Positions 14,400 to 30,231 of a stretch of DNA of 64,000 nucleotides are shown here, piece after piece (positions within the stretch are counted from its first letter, which is position 1; each line of letters starts with the position of its first letter). The notes beneath the pieces were generated by a model. It ran no database searches, was not told the origin of the DNA, and saw only the letters and a list, made by a program, of their open reading frames with translations. Made by a program: the position numbers and the translations under genes. Source of the DNA: the human T2T-CHM13v2.0 reference genome, Homo sapiens; NCBI RefSeq assembly GCF_009914755.1, contig NC_060931.1; one strand, given 5' to 3'.

Positions 14400-16217
14400 A
14401 TGCTTTAAGTTCTGGGATACATGTGGAGAACATGCAGGTTTGTTACATAGTTATACACGTGCCATGATGGTTTGCTGCACCCATCAACCCGTCATCTACA
14501 TTAGGTATTTTTCCTAATGCTATGTCTCCCCTAGCCCCCCACCCCCCGACAGGCCCCAGTGTGTGATGTTCCCCTCCCTGTGTCCATGTGTTCTCATTGT
14601 TCAGCTCCCACTTATGAATGAGAACATGTGGTGTTTGGTTTTCTGTTTCTATGTTAGTTTGCTGAGAATGATGGTTTCCAGTTTCATCCATGTCCCTGCA
14701 AAGGACACGAACTTATCCTTTTTTATGGCTGCATAGTATTCCATGGTGTGTATGTGCCACATTTTCTTTATCCAGTCTATCACTGATGGGCGTTTGGGTT
14801 GGTTCCAAGTCTTTGCTGTTGTGAATGGTGCTACACGTGTGCATGTGCCTTTATAGCAGAATGATTTAATAATACTTTGGGTATATACCCAATAATGGGA
14901 TTGCTGGGTCAAATGGTATTTCTAGTTCTAGATCCTTGAGGAATCGCCACACTGTCTTCCACAATAGTTGAACTAATTTACAGTCCCACCAACAGTGTAA
15001 AATTGTTCCTATTTCTCCACATCCTCTCCAGCATCCGTTGTTTCCTGACTTTTTAATGATCGCCATTCTAACTGGCATGAGAATGGTATAACATTGTGGT
15101 TTTGATTTGCATTTCTCTAATGACCAGCGATGATGAGTTTTTTCCCCATAAGTTTGCTGGCCACATAAATGTCTTCTTTTGAGAAGTGTCTGTTCATATT
15201 CTTTGCCCACTTTTTGATGGGGCTGCTTGTTTTTTTCTTGTAAATTTGTTTAGGTTCCTTGTAGATTCTCGATATTAGCCCTTTTCAGATGGATAGATTG
15301 CAAAAATTTTCTCCCATTCTGTAGGTGCCTGTTCACTGTGATGATAGTTTCTTTTGCTATGTAGAAGCCCTTTAGTTTAATTAGATCCATTTGTCAATTT
15401 TGGCTTTTGTTGCCATTGCTTTTGGTGTTTTAGTCATGAAGTCTTTGCCCATGCCTATGTCCTGAATGGTATTGCCTAGGTTTTCTTCTAGGGTTTTATG
15501 GTTTTAGGTCTTATGTTTAATTCTTTAATCTGTCTTGAGTTAATTTTTGTATAAGGTATAAGGAAGGGGACCAGTTTCAGTTTTCTGCATATGGCTAGCC
15601 AGTTTTCCCAACACCATTTATTAAATAGGGAATCCCTTCCCCATTGCTTGTTTTTGTCAGGTTTGTCAAAGATCAGTTGGTTGCAGATGTGTGGGATTAT
15701 TTCCGAGGCCTCCATTCTGTTCCATTGGTCTGTATATCTGTTTCGTACCAGTACCATGCTGTTTTGGTTACCATAGCCTTGTAGTATAGTTTAAAGTCAG
15801 GTAGCGTGATGCTTCCAGCTTTGTTCTTTTTGCTTAGGATTGTCTTGGCTATACGGGCTCTTTTTTGGTTCTGTATGAAATTTAAAGTAGTTTTTTCCAA
15901 TTCTGTGAAGAAAATCAGTGGTAGCTTGTTGAGATTAGCATTGAATCTATAAATTACTTTGGGCTCTATGGCCATTTTCACAATATTGATTCCTCCTATC
16001 CATGAGCATGGAATGTTTTTCCATTTGTTTGTGCCCTCTCTTATTTTGAAGAGGTCCTTCATATCCCTTGTGAGTTGTATTCCTAGGCGTTTTATTCTCT
16101 TTGTAGCAATTGTGAAGGGGAGTTCACTCATGATGTGGCTCTCTATTATTGGTGTATAGGAATGCTTGTGAATTTTGCACATTGATTTTGTATCCTGAGA
16201 CTTTGCTGAAGTTGCAG
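14368..16217 (-). mobile_element. 5'-truncated L1PA (L1PA7/8-like), 3' UTR and ORF2 C-terminal remnant
   Basis: Poly-T, L1PA 3' UTR, and broken ORF2 peptides ([39 protein letters not shown]). Confidence 0.9.
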
Positions 16218-18490
16218 TTGTATATCTTATTAATGAGTTGTAAGAGTTCTTTGTTTTTTATACAAGTCTTAGATACGTAATTTGCGAATGCATTCTCAAT
16301 CTGTGCTTGCCTTTCCATTTTCTTAATAGTGCCTTTGAAAGAGCAAAAGTTTTAAATTTTGATGTCAAATGTATTAGTTTATTCTTTCCTGTTTTCTTGC
16401 CTTTTTTGTCCTAAGAAATTGTTGCCTAATACAAAGTCACAAAAGATTTTCTCTATGGCTCTTAGATTCAGATCTGTGGTAGAATTTGAGTTAATTATTG
16501 TCTATTGTGAGGATAAGGGCTGAGGTTCATGCTTAACCATATCACTCTCCGGTTTGTTCCAGGTCATTTGGTAAAATGAATACCTTTTCCCTATTGAATA
16601 AACTTTCCATCTTTGTTGCAAATCAGATAACCTTCTATGTGTAGACCTGTTGCTGAGCTCTATTCTATTCCATTAATTTATATGTCTATGTTAATATAAC
16701 ACTACCTTGATTACTGTAGAATTACAGTAAATCCTGAAATAATCACCTTCAGTTTTGAAAGAAATTTTTGTTAGGCCTAGAATTCTAGATTGTCTTTTGT
16801 TTTTGCTGTGTTTTCTTTCAGCACTTTAAAGTTGTGCTACTCTTTTGTCTTAAGTATAGCTTCAGACAAGAAGTTTGCCATTATCCTTTTTTTGACATGT
16901 TTAATATATTTATATGCCATAAAATTCACCATTTTGAAGTGTACAATTCAGTGTTTTTTTAGCATATTCACAAGATTGTACCACCATCACCATGGATTCC
17001 AGAACATTTACATCACTTTAAAAAGAAATCCTATGCTCATTAGTGGTCGCTCTCCATTTCCCCCTTCCCTCTTTGCCCCAAAATAACTAACCTACTTTCT
17101 GTCTCTATGGATCTGTCAATTCTGGACATTTTATTAAAGGGAATCATATAACAGATGGCCTTTTGTGTCGATTTCTTTCATTCAGCATAATGTTTTCAAG
17201 GTTCCCTCATGTTGTAACCCATGTTCGTACTTTTTTTTTTTTTCATGGTTGAATCATATTCCATTGTATATACCACATTTTGTTTATGGAAATTGGGACT
17301 GTTTTCACTCTTTGGCTGTTATGAATAATGCTACCATGAGCATTAGTGTATAGGTCTTGGTGTGAATGTGTTTTCAATTCCCTTGGGCATATACCTAGGA
17401 GTAGATTTGCTGGGTCATGGTAACTCTGTGTTTAACTTCCTGACAACTGCCAAACTTTTGACTCCACCATTTTACATTCCCAACAGCAATGTCATTATCA
17501 GGGTTCCAGTTTCTCCACATCTTTGCCAACACTTGTTATTGTCCATCTTTTTTATTATAGCCATCCTATAATAAAACAGCTATCAGGTTGCATCTCATGG
17601 CTTTAATTTACATATTCTAGTGACTATGTTGAGCATATTTTCATGCTTATTGGCCATTTATATATCTCTTTGGAGAAATGTCTATTCAAATTTGCTCATC
17701 TAAAAATTCTACTGTAGCATTTTAAGAGTTCTTTATATGTTCTAGAGTCACCGGGGGTGTCCAAGGGAGAGAATACAGTCGTGTTGTTAGTTTCTGTGTC
17801 TGGTTGGGTCAGTAAAGCCCCTTCCTCATCCCTCTTTTCTGCTTATCACTAGAGACAGAAACTAAAAACCATGGCTTCAGGCTGCTAAACTCTAAAAACA
17901 AAACAAAACAGAACAATAACAACAAAATAAGGTGGACTAGACAAAGTTGTATCTAGACCCTTATCATATATGTGATTTGCAAATATTTTGATTGTGTGGG
18001 TTGTCTTTTTACTTTTTTAATAGCGACCTTTGCAGCACAAATTCTCATTTTGATGAAGTCAAATGTATCTAACTTTCATTTGGCTGCTTATGCTTTCAGT
18101 GTCATCTAGGAACCATAGCCTAATCGAAGGTCATTAGGATTTGCACCTTTGTTTTCTTCTAATGATTTTATAACATTGGCTCTTATTTAGGTCTCTGATA
18201 CATCTGCTGTGAATTTTTATGTATGGTACGAAGTGGGACGGGGGAGGGGTGTCCCACTTTAATCTTTTGCACATGGATGTCCAGTTGTTCCAGCACCATT
18301 TGTTGAAAAAACTATTCTTTCCTCATGAACTGTCGTCTTGCCTCTGTTGTTGAAAATCAGTTGACTGTAAATGTATGGATTTACTTCAGAACTGTTAATT
18401 TTATTCCATTGAGCTATATCTATTATGCTAGTACCATACAGTCTTGATGACTGCATCTTTGTAATATGTTTTGAGATTGGAAAGTGTTCT
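16218..18490 (-). mobile_element. Old L1M fragments (L1MB-like), interrupted
   Basis: CATAAAATTCACCATTTTGAAGTGTACAATTCAGTG 3' end near 16915; ORF2-like CAGCACCATTTGTTGAAAA near 18295. Confidence 0.75.
17752..17949. mobile_element. hAT-Charlie MITE (MER30B-like) inserted in L1M
   Basis: Ends CGGGGGTGTCCAA...TAGACAAAGTTG, both flanked by TCTAGA; internal sequence fits the recalled MER30B consensus. Confidence 0.65.
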
Positions 18491-18567
18491 TGGGCTGAGA
18501 AATGTAAGAATTTTCCATGGTGTTTGACCTTGAGATTAGATCATTCCAGTTCATAAGTATTTGTATA

Positions 18568-19316
<749 letters not shown>

Positions 19317-19589
19317 ATGCAGCTTTATATTTTTACATATAGTAAATGATGGTGATAATATCAATGACAGGAAAGACCTCAGTTGGGCATTCTTTAATAG
19401 GAGTTGATCACCATCTTGGCTTTAAAGAATTTTCATTAACTATACTGTGCTTTCCCTTGACTGACCAACTGAGAACTCAAACCGTGTTGATTTTTGCTGG
19501 TAAGTATTTGAATTGTTAGTTGACAGTCAAGCCAGTAGCTGTTTGAAAAACCTTTCTTTGGGACAACTACAAAAGCAAAAATATAAGTA

Positions 19590-20440
19590 CCTACAAATGC
19601 AAAGAAAAATACTACTACCTGAAATCCTACTGTATATGGATAACCACTGTTAATATTTGATGAATGTGCTTTCACTTAGTGGTCTATGCAAATGCAATTT
19701 TACGTAAATGCTGTCATACCATACGTGCTGTCTTTCAACCTGCGCCCTCAAGAGAACATCATTAATATATTTGTCATTAAATGTGGGTCTACTTCATTAT
19801 TTTGATGACAGCATTAAACCACTATTGAACTATACTATTTCATATAATTTCATTAATAGTTTTTTACTATTGAAATTTTAAGTTGTTTCTAGTTTATACT
19901 CTCACCAACAGAACGTGAATTAAAGTTTCCTCATACTTGAGGCAAAACAGAGTTTTGTCACCCTTTTACCATCTTTGCTATACTATAAGCAAAAAATAAG
20001 TTTCTGTTGCATTTCTTTTATGATGACTGTAGTTGAATGTCTTTCATTAGTGTCCTGGCCATGTGTATTTCCTAGTGAATTACTTGCTTATGACTATTGC
20101 CTGTTCTTTTTTTCCTTAGTGATTTATTTTTATATATTTTTAGTGTTAGACTGTTAATATATGTTGCAAATGTGTTTCTCAGTTTGCCATTTATCTTGGA
20201 ATCTTCATGGCAGTGTATTTTCTTGTGGTGTTTTTGGGTATTTTGTTGCTGTCCAATATTTTTGCCTTCTTATAAAAGTAATCACACTTTTCAATCTTTG
20301 CTGTATGTTTTTGAACTTTGTGGTCATGCTTAGAAGGATTTTACCCATCTCAAGTTTACATAAACTTTCACTTGTATTTTCTCCTGGTACTTTTATATGT
20401 GGTTCATATTTAAAAACATTTAATCCATCCATTATAACAG
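19590..20440 (-). mobile_element. Degraded L1ME-like fragment
   Basis: GATAACCACTGTTAATATT and TGCATTTCTTTTATGATGACTG, typical of old L1 3' regions. Confidence 0.5.
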
Positions 20441-20609
20441 CAGCTTTTTAAAACTGCAGAACTTTTTATTCTGCCCAATATGTTTGAGAGATTTGTGTCT
20501 TAGCAAGTGGATTTTTGCTTTAAAGTCCCATTGAACTAGTGCTGGAATAAGAACTAATAGTGAGATACAGTTTTTTGTATTATAATATTTATGCTCTTCC
20601 TCCACATCT

Positions 20610-20960
20610 TCATTTGGCTGGCTCTTTCTTTGTTCAGACCTCTGCATAAATCTCACACCTCAGAAAGGCCGCCTGTGGCCACCCCATCTTTATAAAATAG
20701 CCTCTCTCTGATCATTCTGTCTAAAGAAGAAGACCACCCCCATTGTTCTGCATCCTGTTCCCTGTTAAACTTCTTAGCACTTAGCACTGCCTACCTCATC
20801 ATGTTTGTTTCCTTGTTTATCTTATCTCCCTTCTCCCACTAGAATGAGGACTCGATGAAAGCGAGATTTTTTTCTGTCTTGTTCATTGCAGTATCCCAGA
20901 ACCCAGAAAAGATTCTGACACAAAATAGTCATCTATAAATATTTAAGTCAATGACTGAAT
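20610..20960 (+). mobile_element. L2 3' end
   Basis: CCCACTAGAATG..TCTTGTTCATTGCAGTATCCCAG..ATAAATATTT..AATGACTGAAT. Confidence 0.75.
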
Positions 20961-21069
20961 ATTTAGAAAATTATTGTGGTATTTTTTCAGAGTGTTAACT
21001 TCTTTTGAAGTGTTGTGTGAAAGACATCCATTAGTATCTCTGAAATTATGAATTAAAAAGAAGGCAATA

Positions 21070-21399
<330 letters not shown>

Positions 21400-21560
21400 T
21401 CATCTAATGCCAGGGACATAGGTGGACCGCACCTAATGATGATGAAAATAAGACTATTAATGAAGCAGTTCACATCAGCCTTTTGATACTATGCTTTTAT
21501 CAAGTTTGTGTAAATGAGATTATGCAAATAATAGTGATGGCTCTCACTTTGGAGCACTTA

Positions 21561-21776
21561 TCTGAGGTCAGGAGTTCGAGACCAGCCTGGCCAGCATGGC
21601 AAAACCCCGTCTCTACTAAAAATACAAAAATTAGCTGGGTGTGGTGGTGCACACCTGTAATCCCAGCTACTCAGGAGGCTGGGGCAGCAGAATCGCTTGA
21701 ACCTGGGAGGCAGAGTTTGCAGTGAGCGGAGATGATGCCACTGTACTGCAACCTGGGACAGAGTGAGACTCCATCT

Positions 21777-21821
<45 letters not shown>

Positions 21822-21822
21822 A
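21561..21822 (+). mobile_element. 5'-truncated AluS with ~40-nt A tail
   Basis: Begins at CTGAGGTCAGGAGTTCGAGACC; A tract 21779-21819. Confidence 0.9.
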
Positions 21823-21839
21823 GCAAAATCTGAATTTCA

Positions 21840-22228
21840 CTCATCTTGAGTATGAACTGGCCCTAGTAACTTGTTTCTAACTAACAGAATGCAACAGAAG
21901 TGATGCTGTATGACTTCCAGGGCTTAGTTAGAATAGGTAATACAGCTTCTAACTGGCTTTCTCTCAGGAAGGTTCTCCGTGGAACCAAGGTTCTATGCTG
22001 TGTGAGAAAGCCCTGGCCACGTCAACCACCAAACATGTGAGTGAGGAAGCCTTCTAGATGATTCCACCCTAACCACCATCTGGCTAGAGCTGGATGAGAG
22101 ACCTGAGGGAGAGCTGCCTAGCTGAGTCCAGTCAATCCCCAGAATTGTGAGAGAAGATGATATATGATTGTTGTTTCATCTCACTAAGTTTGGGATGGTT
22201 TGTTACACAGCGGTTGATAACTAGACCA
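21840..22228 (+). mobile_element. MLT1-family LTR
   Basis: AACAGAATG..GAAGTGATGCTGTATGACTTCC..CTAAGTTTGGGATGGTTTGTTACACAGC..GATAACT. Confidence 0.75.
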
Positions 22229-22670
22229 GAGACCTTTCCTAGAAACGCTGGAGAACACGTGCCAGGATGGTCCTGGACATCTCCATTGTTTGCTGCTTGC
22301 TTCTCTACTGTGCCCATTGCCTGTGCTTTCACCAAACCCCCTATTAACCAGACATTGTCAGCTACCAGAAGTTTCCTGTCTTAGGATCTTGACACTTTTG
22401 AGACTCTTTGAAGTTACGAGACATGATGGACTTACTATCAAAAACTTGGCAAGCACAGTTACATCAGCAAGTGTTACTTTGTTCAAGTAAGAGGGGAAAT
22501 AGTGCAGCATGGCAGTTAACCCTGTGCTCTCTAAGCTTTTACTGAATTTCAGTGGGTCATTCTAGAGACTTGGTAGCCACATGCGTGTCAGTTTGTTGAT
22601 ATTCAGTATTGATTATTCTCATAGGAGCTGTATATAATTGTTTTGAGCTTAAAACAAAGAAAATGATTAG

Positions 22671-22991
<321 letters not shown>

Positions 22992-22993
22992 TT

Positions 22994-24269
22994 GGATGTT
23001 TTAAAGTAAAATTTTCCCCACTGCAAAATAATAGATATGTGTTGTAGGAACTTTTGGAAACACAAGGCACAAAGGAAAAAATACCTTCATATTTCTCCTT
23101 TTCCCATCTCCCCAGAGACTTTTTTCTCCTTATTTGTTGGCATATGTCTTTCCATACTCTTCAATGCATATATATTCACAGGATAACATTATATGTGGTA
23201 TTTTAGAACCACATTTCTAACATTCCATTTATCATGTTTTGTATTTGCATAGTATTCCATTTCGTAGTTGTACCATAATATCTTTAGACAATGCTTGTGG
23301 TCAAATAATTTCCCCCAATATTTTACTGTTACAAAAAATGTTTCGATGAACGTTTTGGTCTAAAGTTGATGGATCAAGGAATATAGGGGTCATTATAAGT
23401 TAACAAATACAGCGTCAGATCATGGTACTACTCTGCTGAAAATCCCCCTTGGCTCCCATCTTACTCAGAGCCAAAGCTAAGGTCTTTACCATGACCTAAA
23501 ATACCCTCAGCCATCCGGAGTGTGCATGTATGCATACACACAGACATGTACATGCCACTCACTCCTGCCTCTCTAGCTCATCTTCTCCTGCTCACCCCTG
23601 ACTTGTTCCCCTGAAGCTATTCCTGGAATACACCAGGCAAGCAAGCCCCTGTGTCAGGGCCTTGGCACTTCTTCCTTCTGCCTATAACAATTCCTCCAAG
23701 TATCCACAGGCTTCCTCTTTCACTTCCTTTGTTGCGTTGGCTCAGATATCGCCTTATCTGAGTGCCCTTCCTTAACTATACAATACAAAATAAGTTCATG
23801 AATCTGCCCTCACCCCTACATTCCCTGTTTCCTTTACCTTGTTCTATTTTTCTATAACATTTACCTGACAAATCTTATGTTTGTTTATTGTCACTCTTCT
23901 TCCAGAATGTAAGCACTGTGAAGTCAAGGACTTTGTTAGTTTTGATCACTATTGTATCCATGGGTTCTAAAGCACTGCCTGGCACATAGTTGGCACTCAG
24001 TAAGCTAAGAAATAATAAGACTAACATATTGGGATTGTGGCAAGGAGGTAAGTATACTCCACTTTTTCAAGGGGATTATAAAGGGCATCATTTTTAGGTG
24101 GGAGATATTGGACATAGGAGTTTGTGAACCAAGAGACAGAGAAAGATGTTACTTGGAGATATGGAGGTTATAAGTATCAGAAGATTAGAAGTTCCGGGGA
24201 TGTTTTAAAGTAAAATTTTTCCCATTGCAAAATAATAGATATCTGTTGTAGGAACGTTTAGAAATACAA
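22994..24269 (+). repeat. 72-bp dispersed direct repeat (22994-23065 and 24198-24269)
   Basis: Manual ungapped alignment: 66/72 identical. Confidence 0.9.
23410..24005 (+). mobile_element. L2 3' region
   Basis: TCAGATCATG..CAGGGCCTTGGCACTT..AGAATGTAAGCACTGTGAAG..TGCCTGGCACATAGTTGGCACTCAGTAA. Confidence 0.8.
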
Positions 24270-25265
24270 CTAAAGCACTTTTTGCTTTACTTGGAGTGGG
24301 TGGGACTGGAATTGGGAGGAGGGGCCATGGAGAGGCTGCTTTTTTTCATTGTGCATCTTTCTGTAAGACGTGAATTTATACCATGTACACCAATTACTTA
24401 AATAATAAGAGCATGTTTGGACTTCCAGTTTCTGGTGATGGCTGGTTATGAAAACTTGAAGAAACAAAATAATGGCTTTTTTTAAGTGAAGAACTAAAAA
24501 AACATTGAACTTCCAGGCCAGTTTTTGGATAAAAGTCTATAACCAGGGAGGGAAATGGAATACTGGAACAAAAAGCTGCCTGTGCTGAGACAGCAGTTGC
24601 TGATACCACAAACACTTGTCTGCTGTTTCTGTGGCCTGGCTGAGCCAAGAAAACATGTTAAAGCACAGAGCCCACGCAAGACAGTGTGCTTGCAGGAGAC
24701 CCTACCAACAGGAATCGGATAACAAGGAGCTAAAGGTAAGGAGGAGTCAGAGCTGAACCCAGTGCCCTCTTCCCAGCAGTTGTAATGAACTGTGGCTACC
24801 TTGGTGCTCTTGGAGCAGGGAGGAAAAGAAATAGAAAATACAATTTCCCTGGAAGGCCTGTGCATATCTGCTTCCCTGAAGATTAGCTTCTCAAATATAC
24901 ATAGCTGGTTGGGCCAAGGATTCTCAAAATCTGAATTCGGCAGAAGCACAGCAAGATCTCTCTGGAAGAGGGCTCATCTCAAGCGTCAGGAGACTCCCGT
25001 TAAATACTTATTCAAGAATAATGTGTGGCAAGCGATAAAGATTACAAGTTACCCAAGCAACTTGAATATGAATGAGAATAGAAAATCACAGAAGCCCAGC
25101 TTCTTCCACTTAGCATAATCATTTGAGTCATCCATGTTGTCATGTGTATTCAGCAGCTTGGTCCTTTTAATTGCTGAGTGGCAATCCATAGTTTACTCAT
25201 CCATTTACTAGTGGAAGATTTGTGTTGGTTCCAGTTTTTAGTGACAGTGGTTAAGCTGCTGTTAA

Positions 25266-25586
<321 letters not shown>

Positions 25587-25975
25587 TCACCTAGAAGTTT
25601 TTATGTGAATCAAAGATTTTGTTTCTCTTGAGTACATTCCTAGGAGTGGGATAGCTAGTTATATGATAAATATGTATATATACTTAGTAGGAAATTGCCA
25701 AACAGGTTTGCAAACTGGTGGTGCCACTTTGCATTCCCACCAAAAATGTATGAAAATTCCAGGTGATTGGCATCCTCACCAGAATTTGATATTGTCTGCA
25801 GTTTTGATGTTTTTGCTATTTTTTTGTTTTGACTTGGGTATACGGTGCATTTCATTGTGTTTTTCATTTTCATTCTCCCAATGCAAATGATGTTGTGTAT
25901 TTTTTCATATTCTTCTTTGCTACAGGTATATTTTCTTTAGTGAAGTGTCTATTCAACCCTTTGGCACATTTTTGA

Positions 25976-26346
<371 letters not shown>

Positions 26347-26918
26347 TTATATATATATATATATATATGTCAAATATATATATATATATGTCAAATATAT
26401 ATATATGTCAAATATATATATGTCAAATATATATGTCAAATATATACATATATATGTCATATATATACATATATATGTATATATATACATATATATGTCA
26501 TATATATAACATATATATGTCATATATATACATATATATGTCATATATATACATATATATGTCACATATATATGTCATATATATACATATATATGTCACA
26601 TATATATACATATATATGACATATACACATATATGGCATATATACATATATATGGCATATATATACATATATATGGCATATATATACATATATGTCATAT
26701 ATACATATATATGTCATATATATATACATATATGTCATATATATACATATATATGTCATATATATACATATATATGTCATATATACATATATATGTCATA
26801 TATACATATATATGTCATATATATACACATATATATATGTCATATATATATACGACATATATATATGTCATATATATATACATATATATATATGTCATAT
26901 ATATATACATATATATAT
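26347..26918. repeat. TA-rich minisatellite, unit ~TATATGTCATATATA(TA)CA
   Basis: ~570 bp of variable 14-23 bp units, directly visible. Confidence 0.97.
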
Positions 26919-27116
26919 GACTTGCAAGTATTTTCTATTTTCTCCCAGTCTGGCTTGTTCTTTTGTTTTCTTAGCAATGTCTTTTGAAGAGCAGACATTT
27001 AAAATTTTGATGGAAGTTCAATTTATTGGGTCTTTTTCTTTTTTGAATTGTGCTTTTGGTGTCAAATCTAAGAAATGTTTGGTAAACCCAAAGTTACAAA
27101 GATCTGTCTTCTAGAA

Positions 27117-27299
27117 AAGAGGTGAGCAAACTTTTTCTGTAAAGGGCCAAATAGAAAATATTTTAGGCTTTACAGGTCATAGTCACTGTTGTAGCATGTA
27201 AGCAGCCATAAAATACATAAATGAATAGGTGTTCAGTAAAACTGTTTTTACAAAAACAGATAAAGATTTGGCCCATGAGCCTTAGTTTGCTAACTCTTG
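27117..27299. mobile_element. MER58A-like hAT MITE
   Basis: GAGCAAACTTTTTCTGTAAAGGGCCA..AGTTTGCTAACTCTTG; 8-bp TSD TTCTAGAA/TTGTAGAA. Confidence 0.85.
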
Positions 27300-27753
27300 T
27301 TGTAGAAGATTTAGGTATTGCAGTTAAGGTATGATCCATTTCTAGTTACTTTTTTTATGTGGTGCAAGCAATGGGTGGAGAGTTTTGTTTTTGTTTTTGT
27401 GTATGTATATACACTTATTCTAGCATTATTTGTTAAAAAGACTGTTCTTTATCCACTGTATTATCTTTACACCTTGTTTAAAATCAGTTATTCATGGGTG
27501 TGGATTTATTTCTGAATTTTCTTTTCTGCATCTGTGTCTGCCCCTTCTTTATGACTATACTGTCTTAATTACTGTGGCTTTGTAGTAAGTTTTGAAATTG
27601 GGTAGTGTGAGTCCTCCAGCTTTATTTTTTTTTTCCTCAAATGTTTTAGTTTTTATAGCTCCTTTGCCCCTCCATATAAATTTTGGAATCAGCCTATTAA
27701 TTACTACCAGACTTCCTACTGGGATTTTGATTGGGATTGCATTGAACCTATAG

Positions 27754-28134
<381 letters not shown>

Positions 28135-29104
28135 TATTTCAGTATTTTAAAGTGTCTTTCATCAGCGTTTTATGGTTTTCAATATACAAATCTTTTACAT
28201 AATTTGATAGGTTTATACTTGAGTATTCATGATTTTTAGTGCTATTGTAAATTGTAAATAATACTGTTTTAAAGTTTTTAATATTCAGTTCATTGCTGTT
28301 ATATGAAACTGACTGATTTTTCTATATTTCCTTTTGTATCCTGTGATCTTCCTAAACTCACTTACTTGTTCTAGTAGCTTTTTTTTTTTTTTTTGTAGAT
28401 TCTCTGGAATTTTCTGCATAGACAATTATGTTGTCCACAGATCGAAACCATTTATTCCTTTCTAATCTGTACGCCTTTTCTTTTCTTTTTTTCTCTTTTT
28501 ATTGTTTGCTCCTCCTTCCCTTCATGTGTCACTTTCCACCTCTGTCCCTTCTCTCCCCTTCCCTCTCTCACTCCTCCCTTATTACATTGGCTAATATGAA
28601 TAGATCTCACTACTAACAGCCGAGAGCCTTGCGTGTTCTTGAACTTAAAGGGAAAGCATTCAGTCTTTTGCTAAGAGGATTTATTATGACTGGATATTGA
28701 ATTTTGGCAATTTTTTTCCCCATCAAATGAAATCATATGATTTTTCTAATCAGCTGATAGGATGACTTCCTTGATTAATTTTTGAATGTTGACCCAACTT
28801 TTTATGTATTTATGGATTCAATTTGCTAAAATGTGGTTGAAGACTTTTTATATGTATGTCTGTGAAGGACATGGTCTGTTGTTTTCTTGCAGTATCTTTG
28901 GTTTTGGTGTCAGGGTAATGGAGGGCTCATTAAGAAAGTTGAGAAGTGTTCTCTCCCCTTTCATTTTCTGAAAGAGTTTGTATAGAATGCTATAATTTCC
29001 TCTGCAATCTGTTGTACTGCTTTAGCTGCATCTCTCAAATTTTGATTTGTTGGTTGAAAAGAAGCCATGTAGGAATGTGGGGTCATCTGTATTGGGAGTG
29101 CAAA

Positions 29105-29461
29105 TGATATGGTTTGGGTCTGTGTTCCCACCCAAATCTCACCTTGAATTGTAATAATCCCCACGTGTCGTGAGAGGGACCCAGTAGGAGGTAATTCATT
29201 CATGGGGGCGAGTCTTTCCCGTGCTATTCTTGTGATAGTGAAGAAGTCTCATGAGATCTGATGGTTTTATAAAGTGGAGTTCTGTACACGCTGTCTTGCC
29301 TGCCACCATGTAAGAGGTGACTTTGCTCCTTCTTGCCTTCTGCCATTGATTGTGAGGCCTCCCCAGCCATTTGGAACTGTGAGTCCATTAAGCCTCTTTC
29401 ATTTGTAAATTACCCACGCTTGGGTATGTCTTTATTAGCAGTACGAGAACAGATTAATACA
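29105..29461 (+). mobile_element. THE1 (B/C-like) solo LTR
   Basis: TGATATGGTTTGG..CCCAAATCTCACCTTGAATTGTA..TGTGAGTCCATTAAGCCTCTTT..TAATACA; 357 bp. Confidence 0.92.
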
Positions 29462-29835
29462 GTAACATACATCACAGTAGGTATGAGCCAACTACTTGTG
29501 CCTTGAGGTGGGCAGATTTCCTGAGTGAATGTAAACAGTTCTCGCAAATCAGTCTGGAGAATCTGAAGAGAACCAACTGACCATGGCCACAAGGCTAGCC
29601 CCAGTATTTGTTTCCACTCCTAGTAAGCTGTGCTAAAATCATTTCAGCAGAAGTATTTTGTTGACTTAAGGTTAGATTCCAAGTTTTAAAAGTTCTGAAG
29701 GTTGGGGCTAACAAATGTGAGGAAGCTTCGAATATGGGAAGGGACCTGTAGAAGAAAATCAGCCATCTAAGTTATTTAAAGTAACAGCTGTTAATTTTTA
29801 TCAGTGAGGTCAGTTTAGAGATAAAAACAATCCAA

Positions 29836-30231
<396 letters not shown>

